A stretch of DNA of 64,000 nucleotides, taken from contig OZ024740.1 in NCBI GenBank assembly GCA_964016885.1, positions 383,470,001-383,534,000 of the forward strand, given 5' to 3'. Below, piece after piece: positions 23,176-35,866 of the stretch. Numbering within the stretch: the stretch's first letter is position 1; every line of letters starts with the position of its first letter. The notes below the pieces were generated by a model, which worked only from the letters and a program-made list of their open reading frames with translations, did no database searches and was not told the origin of the DNA. This DNA comes from Eledone cirrhosa (Eukaryota). The position numbers were made by a program, and so were the translations under genes.

Positions 23176-25941
23176 ATGGACATGTCGCAACCAACGACAG
23201 AGGCCGAGATTTCAAAGCTGCGGGCTATGATCAGAGAGCGAGCTGGTCAAATTAAAGCCGTCTCGAATCAAGTAGAGAACTTGACCTTTCGAACACACCG
23301 GCGACGCAGCAACAGTCGATCCAGTCCTTTTCACAGTCGAAGATCCAGGAGTCCCAGTCAAAATCGTGTGCCTGGCAACCTCTGCTGGTATCACTCAAAT
23401 TTCGGCGCACAGGCATCTAAGTGCAAAGCCCCGTGCTCTTTCCAGAATACCACCAAGGGCCTAGCGACGACGTTCACCCCTGGTACTGAAAAGAAAAGTC
23501 GTCTATTTTTTACCAACGACCAAGCGACTGACATCCGTTACCTCGTGGATACAGGAGCCCAGGTTAGTGTTATTCCTGTTTCACTAATCTCGGGCAAAAA
23601 ACACCCAACACTGTCCTTTCTGCAGGCAGTGAACCTATCGTCAATTCCGACTTTCGGGGAAAAATCACTGACCCTCAATTTAGGCCTGAGGCGGCGTTTT
23701 CAATTGTTGTTCGTCGTGGCAGACTTGCCGAACACTATACTAGGAGCCGATTTTCTCCACCATTTCAACCTTCTGGTGGATATGAAGAACTGGAGGCCTA
23801 TTGACACCACCACAAACCTCACTGTGAGAGGTCTATTTACCACGCAATCCACAGTGAGCCCTGTAATGTGCCAGTCAGAGCCTTTGCGGTACAACGGCAT
23901 TCTCGAGAAATACCCAGACATCACTCGCCCGGTATTTAAGGATAGTCCTATTAAACATAGTGTCACGCACCACATCGAGACAAGGGGACCACCCACAGCT
24001 GCCCGACCAAGGAGACTGCCTCCAGACCGATTGAGAATCGCCAAGCAGGAGTTCTAACACATGCTGGACCTCGGAAACATTCGCCCTTCCTCCAGCGACT
24101 GGTCTTCACCCCTAAACCTTATTCCTAAAAAAAACGAGAATGATTGGCGACCATGTGGTGATTACCGGGCAGTTAACAATTCTACAGTGCCCGATAATTA
24201 CCCTGTACCTCACCTGCACGATTTTTCTGCCTCTCTGCAAGGCGCACGCATCTTTTCCAAGATAGATTTGGTGCGTGCATATAACCAGATACCTATGGAG
24301 CCTGCAGATATTCCGAAGACAGCAATCACAACACCGTTCAGTTTATTCGAATTCCTGCGAATGCCGTTCGGTCTGCGCAATGCTGCACAAACTTTTCAGC
24401 GGTTTACTGACAGGGTTTTACGCGATCTACCCTTCGTATACGCTTATATTGACGACGTGCTGGTAGCAAGTACTTCCGAGCAAGAACATGAGAAGCACTT
24501 AGATCTCCTTTTCCAACGTTTGGCTGAGTACGGTATCATCATCAACCCCAGCAAGTGCCTTTTCGGCGTTCCTTCACTGTCCTTTCTCGGGCACATCATC
24601 GATAAAGACGGCATTCGTCCACTTCCTGAGAAAGTATAAGCTATCCGCAGTTTTCCCGCACCTACATTACTTCGGAAACTGCGTAAATACCTCGGTCTGG
24701 TGAATTTTTATAGGCGTTTTATCCCTCATTGTTCCAGACGCAGCCAGACTCCTCACGCACCTTCTTCCTAACCGGACTCGCAAAAACGAAGAGATCACTC
24801 TAAACGAGGAAGAATTAACATCTTTTAACCGCCTGAAGGAAATGTTGGCAAACGCTTCCACGCTCGTTTTCCCCAGGTCTAGCACTCCTCTTTCGCTGCT
24901 AGTGGACGCATTAGACACGGGGGTTGGAGGCGTTTTACAACAACATGTCAACGGCGTGTGGCAACCCTTATCCTTCTTTTTTAAGCGTTTGCAACCGGCA
25001 GAAACGAAATACAGTACATTTGGCCGCGAACTCTTGGCAACCTATCTTTCGGTTAAGCATTTTCGGCACATGTCGAAGGATGAGATTTCCTGATCTACAC
25101 GGACCATAAACCACTAGTTTATGCGTTCCATACCAAACATGATCGACATTCACTGGGAGAACACCGACACCTGGATTTTGTCTCCCAATATTCAACTGAT
25201 ATACGGCATATCAAGGGATCAAACAACGTAGCCCTGTCCCGAATCCAGCTGAACGCAATACATGTGCATTCAGGCATCGACCTTCAACAGATCGCAGCTG
25301 ACCAAGAGACTGACGAAGAGTTTATCAAGCTCCGAGATTCGCCATCCCTCAAGTTTCAGCAAGTTCCCATTCCTTCTTCTTCGGGACAAATTTGGTGCGA
25401 CTTTTCTACCGGTCACGAACGACCGTACGTACCACAGATGCATCGTCGACAAGTTTTTTCTGCTTTACACTGCTTGTCTCACCCGGGAATCCGGGCTACA
25501 CAGAAACTCACCTCTGCTCGTTTTGTGTGGACTAATATTAACAAGGACGTGCACGACTGGTCCAGGAGCTGCATTGCCTGCCAGAAAGCCACAGTTCACA
25601 AACACATCAAAACTTCACGCGGCATATTCGCGCAACCTGATGCACGTTTTCATCATGTGCATATCGATATACGTCGGACCTCTACCACCATCACAGAACT
25701 ACACACATTTGCTCACCTGCATAGATCGATTTTCTTGTTGGCCTGAGGCTTTTCCCATATATGATGCCTCAGCGGAAACAGTCGCTAAAACTTTGGTTTT
25801 ACACTGGGTATCACGTTATGGCACCCTAGCGAAGATAACAACAGACAGAGGACGCCAATTTGACTCCCACCTCTTCAGGGAACTGACTCGCCTGTTAGGA
25901 TGTAAACACATGCGCACGACAGCTTATCACCCGCAAGCTAA
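23176..25941 (+). pseudogene. Ty3/Gypsy CsRn1-clade gag remnant plus pol (PR-RT-RH-IN), broken and 3'-truncated
   Basis: CHCC gag motif CWYH-x9-C-x3-C, LVDTGA, RPCGDYR, RMPFGL, YIDD, YSTFGRELLA, H-x3-[24 protein letters not shown]. Stops and frameshifts present. Ends in a microsatellite. Confidence 0.92.
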
Positions 25942-25951
25942 TGTGCGTGTA

Positions 25952-26012
<61 letters not shown>

Positions 26013-26409
26013 GTGTATATATATGTGTATATATGTATATATGTATATTATATATATATGTATATACGTGTATATATGTGTATATGTATATATATATATA
26101 TGTATATGTATATGTATGTATGTATGTGTGTATGTTTGTGTATATATATATATATTAGAAATTAGAAATTATAAGCTTTCACCGTATTTTAGACTAAAGA
26201 AATGTCTAGCCTGATAGTAGGGTTTATAACCCTCGGAGAAATGGAAAAAGCTGAGTGTGTGCCGTACATGTATGTATGCATACATGCATGCATTAATTTT
26301 GTTATGTATACATGTATAATCTCTTTTTCTCTTAATTCTGTCTGGCCAGGTTCAAAAGAAAAGGGAATTGTCATTGTTTCTCGTGTAACTATTCATCCTT
26401 TGAATCGTA

Positions 26410-26960
26410 ACAATGTTTTGCGTATTTTAAAATTACCGTATATCTTAGCCATTTGTAGTTTATGAATTAAGCAGCTACATTTGTTCTCCTCAAATCCATG
26501 TACAGTTATATTTTGGTACAGGAGGCCTGGTATATAATCTGCATCTCTAATAATAATGAATATCAAGTTGAACGTGTATTCTGGATCTGAAAACCGCTGT
26601 CCATAGGTATCCTCCTACTCTTTCACTTTTCTTACCACATTCACATCAAGTTAACAACTGACTTCTATAATAGAGTATACTTTTTAATTCGCGGTCCCAA
26701 TCAATATAATTTGGCTGGTTGTTCATTAATTTGGTGGCATTAGATTATTTTAAAGTTACACCACTATACTTTTGAGCCATCCGTCTCAATATATTCCTAT
26801 AGATTTTATTTTCCTTGTCTGTAATGTTTTCCAGCTATACCATGGGGGGCTGTTGTAAAGAAAGGACATTCTTTCACATGTGGTAATAATGTTGCTATCA
26901 TCTTCGGTCGTTGTGCTGAAGGTCTGATGCTAGAGATGGAACATCATTAATTTCAGGTAA
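26410..26960 (-). mobile_element. Highly decayed R4/Dong-like LINE remnant
   Basis: Translatable pieces IITTCERMS, ATKLMNNQP and DVNVVRKVKE*EDTYG resemble the 28930-29502 peptide. Confidence 0.55.
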
Positions 26961-27019
26961 AGTGACATAACTGTTAAAAGGAGACTTCAAAGTAATATCT
27001 AGCGACCTCTCTTGAAAAT

Positions 27020-28090
27020 TGGCAGAATTTGTATCGTGGTATTATCAAGAATCCGCCGAAAACGTGTTTAGCCCCAAGGACATTCATGATGGCATGTTTG
27101 CTACATGAAGCACCAGGGTTAATAACAGTGCAAAAGTGAACAGCTAAATTTAAGAGTAGAAGGACAATTCTTAATGACAGCCAGATGTTTTCACGTCTTG
27201 CAACTGCGACCAACGAGGAAAACATTGATCTTGTTCACCACATGGTGCTGGATAACAAGGGATTGACTATTAATCAAATAGCCAATGCTATCTCCCATGA
27301 GTGAGTTGAGAAAGTTTTCTGCTCAATGAATTTGTCATGACGAAGGTTTCTGCTCTGTGGGGGCCACGTCGTCTTACACCTGATCAAAAGCATACCAGGT
27401 CGATAAAATCCCTTGAAAATCTCACATTGTTTGAAGCAGATTCAGTTGATTTCCTTGTACATTTTCTAACCCATGATAAATGTTGGGTTCCTCACTCTGA
27501 GCCAGAGACAAATGGACAATCCATGCACCGGGAACACTCCTCCTCACCTGCTCCAAAGAAGGCCAAAGTAGTTTGAGCTACAGCGAAGTTGAAGGCCTCA
27601 GTTTTGTGGCATGCAAAATGCATTCATTTATCGACTAACATATTAAAAGGCAACACTCTCAATGCATAGTACTATGTCAACTTTTTGAGGCGGTTACAAA
27701 TTTCTCTAAAGATCAAATGCTCCGCATTACAAACGAAAGGGTTATTGCTTAATCGGGTCAATGCTCTAACAAATGTCCTTGGTTTCATTGGTTGCTGTGC
27801 GTGACTGTGGCTTTGAATTTGTTGATTAATCTCCCTATTGTCCTTATTTGGCCCCATATGACTATCGTATATTACCCAATATGAAACATATCAATGGAAA
27901 CTAGTACCGCAGTGATGATGGCGCCATATCTGCTGATAATGTCTTTTTTGACCAGCAGGTCAATGAGATCCAAGAACTTCAAAACCGACGTAAGAAATGT
28001 ATCGACCGAAAAGGGGACTCTGTTGAAAAACAAACCTCCTTTAGTTACATTCCATAGAAGTATCTGGGCTAGCCTATGAAACTTTCAGCT
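27020..28090 (+). mobile_element. mariner transposase remnant
   Basis: KVSALWGPRRLT (WVPxxL), THDKCWV..EPET (first catalytic D), and PYCPYLAPYDY (YSPDLAP-like) at ~27834. Many stops. Confidence 0.85.
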
Positions 28091-28278
28091 GATGTCCATA
28101 TTATAAGAATATATGTTTCTGAATTTATAACAAAATACCCATTTAACTTTTTGCATGTTAACAACCACTCATTCTTTTATATCTATCTTTTTTTCTTTAT
28201 TGAAGTAGCCTTTAGAAATGGGCGATGTTTATACATATATACATACATACATAAATACATACATACATACATACATTC

Positions 28279-29380
28279 TAACGCCAACATTTGGCCTGCT
28301 GAACTGGTCATTGCAAGAACTAAGTGAGATGGATGTTAGAACTCGAAAACTTCTCAGTGTTACTGGGAACTTTAACATCAATGGTGATGTGGATAGGCTA
28401 TACTTCTCACGCAAGGAAGGTGGCCGGGGTCTAAAATCAAAATTAACAACATATGAGACCCGGATAGTAACACTGAAGCAACACCTTCAACAGAGGAAAA
28501 AGGTTGGCAACCATCTTCCCCAGGTTTATGAGCATGAAAAAAAATATATCATTAGAATAGCGACTGATCTGGAGGAGAGATATGGAATAAAGCCTGATAT
28601 AAATCTCTCACCCAGAGAAATCGGAAGATCCTATTCAATGTTCAAACAAGATAAAAAAATTGACCAATTTACAGAAAAAGGTGTGCATGGATACTTGAGG
28701 CGTAAAACACAGACCATAGAGGGGATAAACCACTCAAAAAGCCTGGCATGGAGTTCCGACAAGTTCATGACATCACACCTTGAGGGATATCTCTATGCAA
28801 TAGAGGAACAAGAACTCCCCTACCAAATATCTGCTGCACAAAAGAGGAGGGCCAGCAGCTGACAATAAATGTAGGCTATGTAAAACAAAGATCGAGGATG
28901 TAAGCCACATTGTTGCCAGCTGTGAAAGAATGTCATCTCGCTACTACCTCCCTATGAGACACGATGGGATAGCTAGAACCATCTGGAACGCACTTCGGAA
29001 AACAAAATTAACAACAAACGAGGAAGAATATATTGAGACAGATGGCAATAAGGAATACTGGTTGAACCTGAAAATAAAAACTGCCACCAAATTAAAGCAC
29101 AACCGGCCTGATATTGTAGTTTGGGACCACACATTGAAAACGTGTTCTGTTGTGGAGATCAGCTGCCCACTTGATGCAAACGTTTTCAGAAAAATACAGC
29201 AGAAGGAGGACATCTACGGACCATTGATAAGGGGTTTACAAATCCAGTATCCAAGATACACCTTTAGCTTCATACCCATCCTTATTGGAGCTGCGGGTTA
29301 TATACCAACCCGTTTGGACCAAAGTATGACTGAACTTGGATTTGCGGACAAAAAGCGCAGCTCCCTAATTCATAGTCTAC
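28279..29380 (+). mobile_element. R4/Dong-like non-LTR retrotransposon 3' fragment with REL endonuclease
   Basis: DRLYFSRKEGGRGL, CRLC...HIVASC, RHD, HNRPDIVVWD, VEISCP, K...Y. One frameshift at ~28820. Begins next to (ACAT)n. Confidence 0.88.
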
Positions 29381-31319
29381 ATTCTTACGATTCAAGGGAT
29401 GACAATTTCTTTTCTTTTACAACCTTGCCACCAGGAAGGTGGCCAGTCAAAAAAATATACTCGAAATTAAGAGAAAGAGATAACATATATACATATATGT
29501 GAATATGTGTGAGTGTAATGGATGTGTAGATATATAGGTTAAACTTATGTGAAAAGAGGGCTGTTATCTTATTCTTGTTTTAGTGGGAGATCTCTTTCAA
29601 TATTACTCTATGAATTCTGGCGTATTAATAGTAGTTTCGATAAGAGAAATCGAAAATAGAATAAAATAAACATAAGAAATTGATCTCGATAACGACTTAG
29701 TGGGGAGATTGTCAGGGAAGATATATTTAAGAGATTAGCAGTTATTGGTTTCAGGATCAACATATAATAAACATTGTCATTTAATCCGTTTATTAAGTTC
29801 TCGTATCACTTCACTTCTTGATAAAACGAATGCTGATTTATTTCATATCAAATTAAGACCATTCCAATGATTAGCCATCGAATAATTTACATTTCGTGTT
29901 TCATGTTTGGTTTGAATATCGGATCCGCGTGCGATTCTTAAACACGCTATTCGCTTGCTGAATGTTTCTTTTAACTTCGAAATGTTTCATTCAATTAGTT
30001 GTATTTGTAAGACCACATCAGATATTTAATAAATAATCTGGATAAAGGTATTCATCGATTATAAATCCAAGTAATATCATCATCTTGCATGCTTGCTGAC
30101 ACTTTGTCTCTCGTGTAGTCAGAAAATGATTGACCATTTAACGACTACATATCATTGTCAGGTAGCGTTTATCGTTATCATTTTATTATGTATATATGGA
30201 TATGCTAACAAAAGCAGTTAATCAATACTGTTGTACATTGCTTTCACTTATCGCTGATGACCAATGATAGAAGCGATGTTTCGATACTTACAGATGAGTA
30301 AGTATTTATAGCAATGGACGCATTTCACTACTGAGAAATGGCATCACCATTTCACGATGCCTGCTAGTATAATGCGATTATTTGCAAATGAAGTGAAATG
30401 GTATAAATTCATCCATATATATCATCATTTGTTAATGAATGTACGCTTACACAACTATATATCTGTCATTGTGTGTTTCTATGTGTGTGCATGTGCGTGT
30501 TAGTTTCAAGTAATGCTTATATGATAGTAATAACGGTGATGGCGGTTGCAGAAGTTATAGTTATATGTTGGGTATTAAAATCGTTAATAAACTTTCCTGT
30601 GCATTAGGCACTGCAGTTTAAAAAACCGTGTTCAATACAATATTCAAAACAGACTATATTATACACACATACAGATGTCATATATTAACTAACAAATTAT
30701 GCATAGTTGATGTCAACACTGTTATATTATTTTGTAACTGGAGAGCAACGATTTACCTTAGAAATATATAAGAATCTTTTCCATATTGAAGTTTCAGTTG
30801 TCATGTAAAATTTAACGTAACTAAGGTAAAATCGCGAATATGAATACGAACGCGAAGTTATGAAAAGGATTGGGGTGATATGTTCACAAGGGTGCTTGTT
30901 TATTGACTTGTAAAAGTGGCATAAATTTAGTTCTACAAATGATATTGATATCGACAAACATAACAGCGAAAACTAAATTTCTTAACTGTTCTGCATAGAA
31001 GTTCTCCCTACAACGTTTGGTAAATGTAGTGAACTCTTCTATCTTATATGTATAATAGTATCACCTACACTGCACTTTGGCTCACTGAGGAAACTATGTG
31101 GTTAGCGACCTTTTAGAATTAGCAGCAAAATGTGCCGACAACCCAGATAATGTTATTGTAGATACTCTAATGCATGAATAAACCGCAGCATAGTATAGTC
31201 GTTGTCTGCATGAATTGCACAGATGTATCTGTGTGCTTTCTGTCCGTATGATCAAGATTTACTTTAAATTGGACAACAGCAACTGATTTAGACACCCATT
31301 CCTCAAACAATTTTCACGG

Positions 31320-31455
31320 TGCTTTATTTTATCGACCCTATAAGGATCAAAGATAAAATGAACCTCGTCGGGATTAGAAATAAGACCGTAAAGGGCCATA
31401 ACTATATGCTGCAAAGCATGGTATCTGACGCTCTATCCATACTGCCTGATCCAAT
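31320..31455 (-). mobile_element. SINE, diverged
   Basis: CTTTATTTTATCGACCCTATAAGGAT core on the reverse strand. Confidence 0.7.
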
Positions 31456-32119
31456 ATCACACCGTTTGAAGATGATGTTTTAACTCTGAAAATGTTCCCA
31501 AATTATTTGTATATCCTATTTTTGGTGGCTCTTAAATACCATCCACATACAGTATTTTAATTAATTAATGTAGGCGATGATGTTCTAAATATCATACATA
31601 AAAAAACAACCTTAGATATAGACAGAAATCGAAACTTTATTGGTTAAGCACTGAATTTCTCTAAATAAAATCTGATTTACGAAGAATTCTCATTTGTACT
31701 TTTATTCGCACTTTTAGGTGGGCGGGGTCATTTTTTGGTGACCATAGTGACAACAATGGGCGTCTCCCTATATCTCATCAGCGAAACATAGACCACACAA
31801 ATCTGTTTTAATCATCTGAAGAATTTTTCCCACTACAATTTGTAATTAGAAAACATGAGAGAAAAGAAATAACCCAAGTGGGTAAAATGCTGGAATTTGA
31901 TGTCCCAAATGACCTTTACACACAAGTTAAAAGAAACTGAAAATGTCCACATTATTGGAATGCATACTGGCCTCCTTTGCAAACCATTAAATAGGTGTTG
32001 ATTCGCAGAGAGGTATACAATTCTATATTATCTATAAAGTAAAATACTTTTCTCGGTATTTTCATAGCATCAATTTTATGTGCAGGTTAAAATTCTCCGA
32101 AGGAAACTCAAGGAAGTAA

Positions 32120-32522
32120 TCTTTATATATATAAAAGCGAGGATGTGTGTGTGTCTGTGTACAATTTTGCATGCATAAGGCTTTCACAATTACCAATTGA
32201 ATTTGACCAAATTTTCTGTGCACGTTGCACAGGTCGCTAAGATTGTCACATCACAAGCATTTTTCAAATCGACCCACGTTGAGCAATAACAAATTGATAT
32301 CAAAATTATCGGTAGAAAAATGTAAGGGAGATAACAAACTTTATTGACAATCCTTATAAAAAAGGGAGAGAACTTTTTCACCAAATATATTCGTTTGCAT
32401 TAATTATTGAAACTTCTGCTTATTTTGACAGGTTGGGGACAAATAATGTACTTCTTTTACTTCCTAGCTGCATATACTTAGCATAATTTCAAACCCCGAG
32501 CAAAGCCGGGTAAATCTGCTAG
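32120..32522 (+). mobile_element. Non-autonomous Helitron
   Basis: A|TCTTTATATATATAAAAGC 5' end. CCCGagcaaagcCGGG hairpin followed by CTAG|T at the 3' end. Confidence 0.8.
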
Positions 32523-33228
32523 TATCATGTATGTAGTCATCTCAATTTCTCAACGCACGAGCTAGTCAAACTAGTTAACGACAAAGTTTCACAATACGAT
32601 AACGTGACACAGTTTGAAAACTCAACTTTATACATTTCACGTCAAACATTGGCGTCATATACGTAGATACGGTCGAACGAAAAAGAGCAATAGCCATCAC
32701 TAAATGTATTTCACAGTTCTGAAATGTTAATTTAGGCCATTTCTAAATTAATGTCTAGTAATGACAAATTTCTCGTGATCTAGAAAAAATCCTTAATCTA
32801 ATGTAAAGAGGATTGGACGGAAATCCTCGTAAACATTTCTGTCATACATTGCAATGAAATGGGGCACAGTAATCTTTAGCGAGATGCATTTGATAACGTA
32901 CGGCAATCACTGATATATCAATATCAATAAAAAGTAAATACACTACAACTTTACTTTCATTTACAAATTCCACCGACCCTACCAATATTAATCACTATTG
33001 AATACTAGTATAATTCCAGAGACAGATTTCAGTGAAAATTCTTTTTTATATCGACGTTAGTATTTAACTGGTATTGTTTTATCGCCACCCGAAATATACT
33101 ATGAAACGTCTATCTCTTGCTGGTAACGTAAAGAAAAGTTATCAAAATTCGCAATGCATCTTGTTCGATTTTTCCGATTTCACCAGATCGTTATTCCTAA
33201 CAACAATTAAATTACGAGCAATCATGAC

Positions 33229-33284
<56 letters not shown>

Positions 33285-33326
33285 CCATCATCATCATCAT
33301 TATCATCGTTATCACCATTCTCATCA
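33229..33326. repeat. (ATC)n microsatellite
   Basis: Seen directly. Confidence 0.95.
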
Positions 33327-35118
33327 ACAAATTTAGCAGCTTCACTCCCATATGTAATACAGGTAAACACCATCAGCTACAAGCGTATCAATAACAAGCA
33401 TCATGTCATTCATTAGTAACAAGAGCATTAACTGCGGCATCAATCCCATCGTTGTCCATTCCAATACTGAGAACTTCCCAAATATGAAGATAATGATTAT
33501 GGTGTTGAATATGATGGCGAGGAGGAATACAAATATCAGTGATAATGAGAAGGAAGGGTAAAGGAAGCGGAGGGTAACACAAAAGGGGGATGGGACATTT
33601 GTAATCGTGGTGATTATCAGGATGAGCAAGGAAAGGACAGAAAATAGGTGGGAATTTGGTGGCAACCACTATGATGATGATGATGACTTTGGTTGATTAT
33701 GATACCATAGAAGATGATGATGATCAGACCGATGTCAAACAAAACAAATACACTTTTCAAATAAAATAACATACATAAAAATAGAAATAAAAAATAGCGA
33801 AAAAATCAAACCGTAATTTGATTTATTTCCAGTATGGTTATATTATGATAGCCCCCCTGTCCCTACCTACTAGCACTCACCACATGCAACGCATCACCTC
33901 ACAAACTACGCAACATTTCATAGAGTGTCACATCATACACAGCTTCATTACACATAAACATCATCCCTTCACATAACTACAGATCCATGTATTTTGATTG
34001 GCGTGTTGTTATCTTGTTAATGGTTTAGTCATGTTTACACGGAACATGACGTCAATGACTCCGCTTCTTTCGACTATTAAACATAACAGACTTTGGCACG
34101 AAATGTTATCTCTGGTACTAAAGACGCCACAACACTTCCACTTTTACTACCAACCATCAAATCAACGTGTTCGCTTCTGTGTGTTCACTTAGACTGGTAG
34201 AAATGAATAGAGATCTTCGATGCAGTATGCCTGGAAAGAAAACTGAAACAAGATGCCGTGATCAAATCTAGAATGCTTTTGAATATTAATTTTCAGAATG
34301 TAGCACTATTAATGAATATGTGTAGTTTCCTATGTATGTTCTGAGTTCAAAACCTACCAAAGCCATATCTTTCTTTCATCATCTCGGGGAAAACGTTACA
34401 GCGCCAGACGCAATGCCGTTTGTCCTAAATATGCCAACCACCACACTAGTAATTATAATATTGGTTTATATATTAAACACCAGCTCAGCAGTTTTGTGGG
34501 TATGAGGTTAATTGTTTATACCACCTGCGCCATCTCACTGGAAATCTATTTTACCAACCACTCGATGGATCGAAAGCAACATCAGTTTCCACGCGATTTG
34601 AAATCAAAATGTAAAGCTCCTATACAAATAACTTAAGCTACATATTCCCGCCCTCACACAATATCTTCAATCCACCATCCTTAACGGCAACAACGACGAT
34701 GACTACGGCGCAAAAAAGGAAAAATCATGTAATTGAAAATGTATAATATCAATAGAAGGAAGATAATTTGGAATGAAAAGAAAAGATTAAGCAAATCAGA
34801 TCAGTAAATTCATGCAGGATAAGACGTTATGAAAAATGTCAAATATTCTTCAAGTAGAACGATGGATGTAATTCATACACCGGAAGATTTACAGCGATAC
34901 TAATCACGGAAATCCAAGAATTTAGGTAGACAAATGTAAAACAAAAACACTCGGCACAATTAATGCAAAAACCGTTTGAATCAGAAGAGTAAAGTAAAAC
35001 CTATAATAGAACCATATGCATGGCCTTCCATATTAAGCAAGGACCCGGAACGCCGCTGCATTGTGAATGCTGCCAATTCCTGGCGAAATCACTTGATCCG
35101 TCGGTATTCATAAGTTTA

Positions 35119-35445
35119 CTAGCTGGACCCGTGAAAAAATTTACAGAGAATCACCTCTCTCTATATTATAACCCATCTCTCTAAATATATTAACCCCCCT
35201 CTCTCTATATATAAACCCATCCCTTTATCTATATATTAAAACCATCCTCTCTCTATATATTATAAAACCCCTCTCTCTATATATATATTTAACCGCCTCT
35301 ATATATATATATTTAACCCTTCTTTCTCTATATTATAACCGCCTCTCTCTATATTATAACCCCTTTCTCTCTATATATTATAACCCAACTCTTTCTCTAT
35401 ATTATAAACCCCTCTCTTTACATATAGTATAACCCCTCTCTCTCT

Positions 35446-35486
<41 letters not shown>

Positions 35487-35866
35487 ATAACCCATCCCTT
35501 TCTCTATATTATAACCCCTCTCTCTAAATATATTAAACCCCCCTCTCTATATATATAAACCCATCCCTTTCTATATATATTAACCACCCTCTGTATATAT
35601 TATAATACCCCTATCTCTATATATATATTTAACCCCCTCTCTATATATATTTTTTAACCATCTTTTCTCTATATTATAACCGCCACTCTCGAAATATATT
35701 ATAACCCCTCTCTCTCTCCTTTCCAAACGTTGCAACGCTCTTTGATTTTCTTTCGCCGTAGATTTTCGTAGATTGTTTACCATCCCACTTCCATTGTTTT
35801 ACTGAAAGCGTGACACACACACGATCGGACATACGGTACGTAGGTATTAGCGTATTAATATATAGA
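35119..35866 (-). mobile_element. Non-autonomous Helitron carrying a ~25-bp minisatellite (35150-35720)
   Basis: The minus strand starts A|TCTATATATTAATACGC and ends in an imperfect hairpin plus CTAG|T. Internal units resemble TATTATAACCCCCTCTCTCTA. Confidence 0.7.

Noticed and set aside
35150-35720. Regular repeats as a CRISPR array
   Set aside because: Degenerate tandem units without unique spacers, eukaryotic context, no cas genes.
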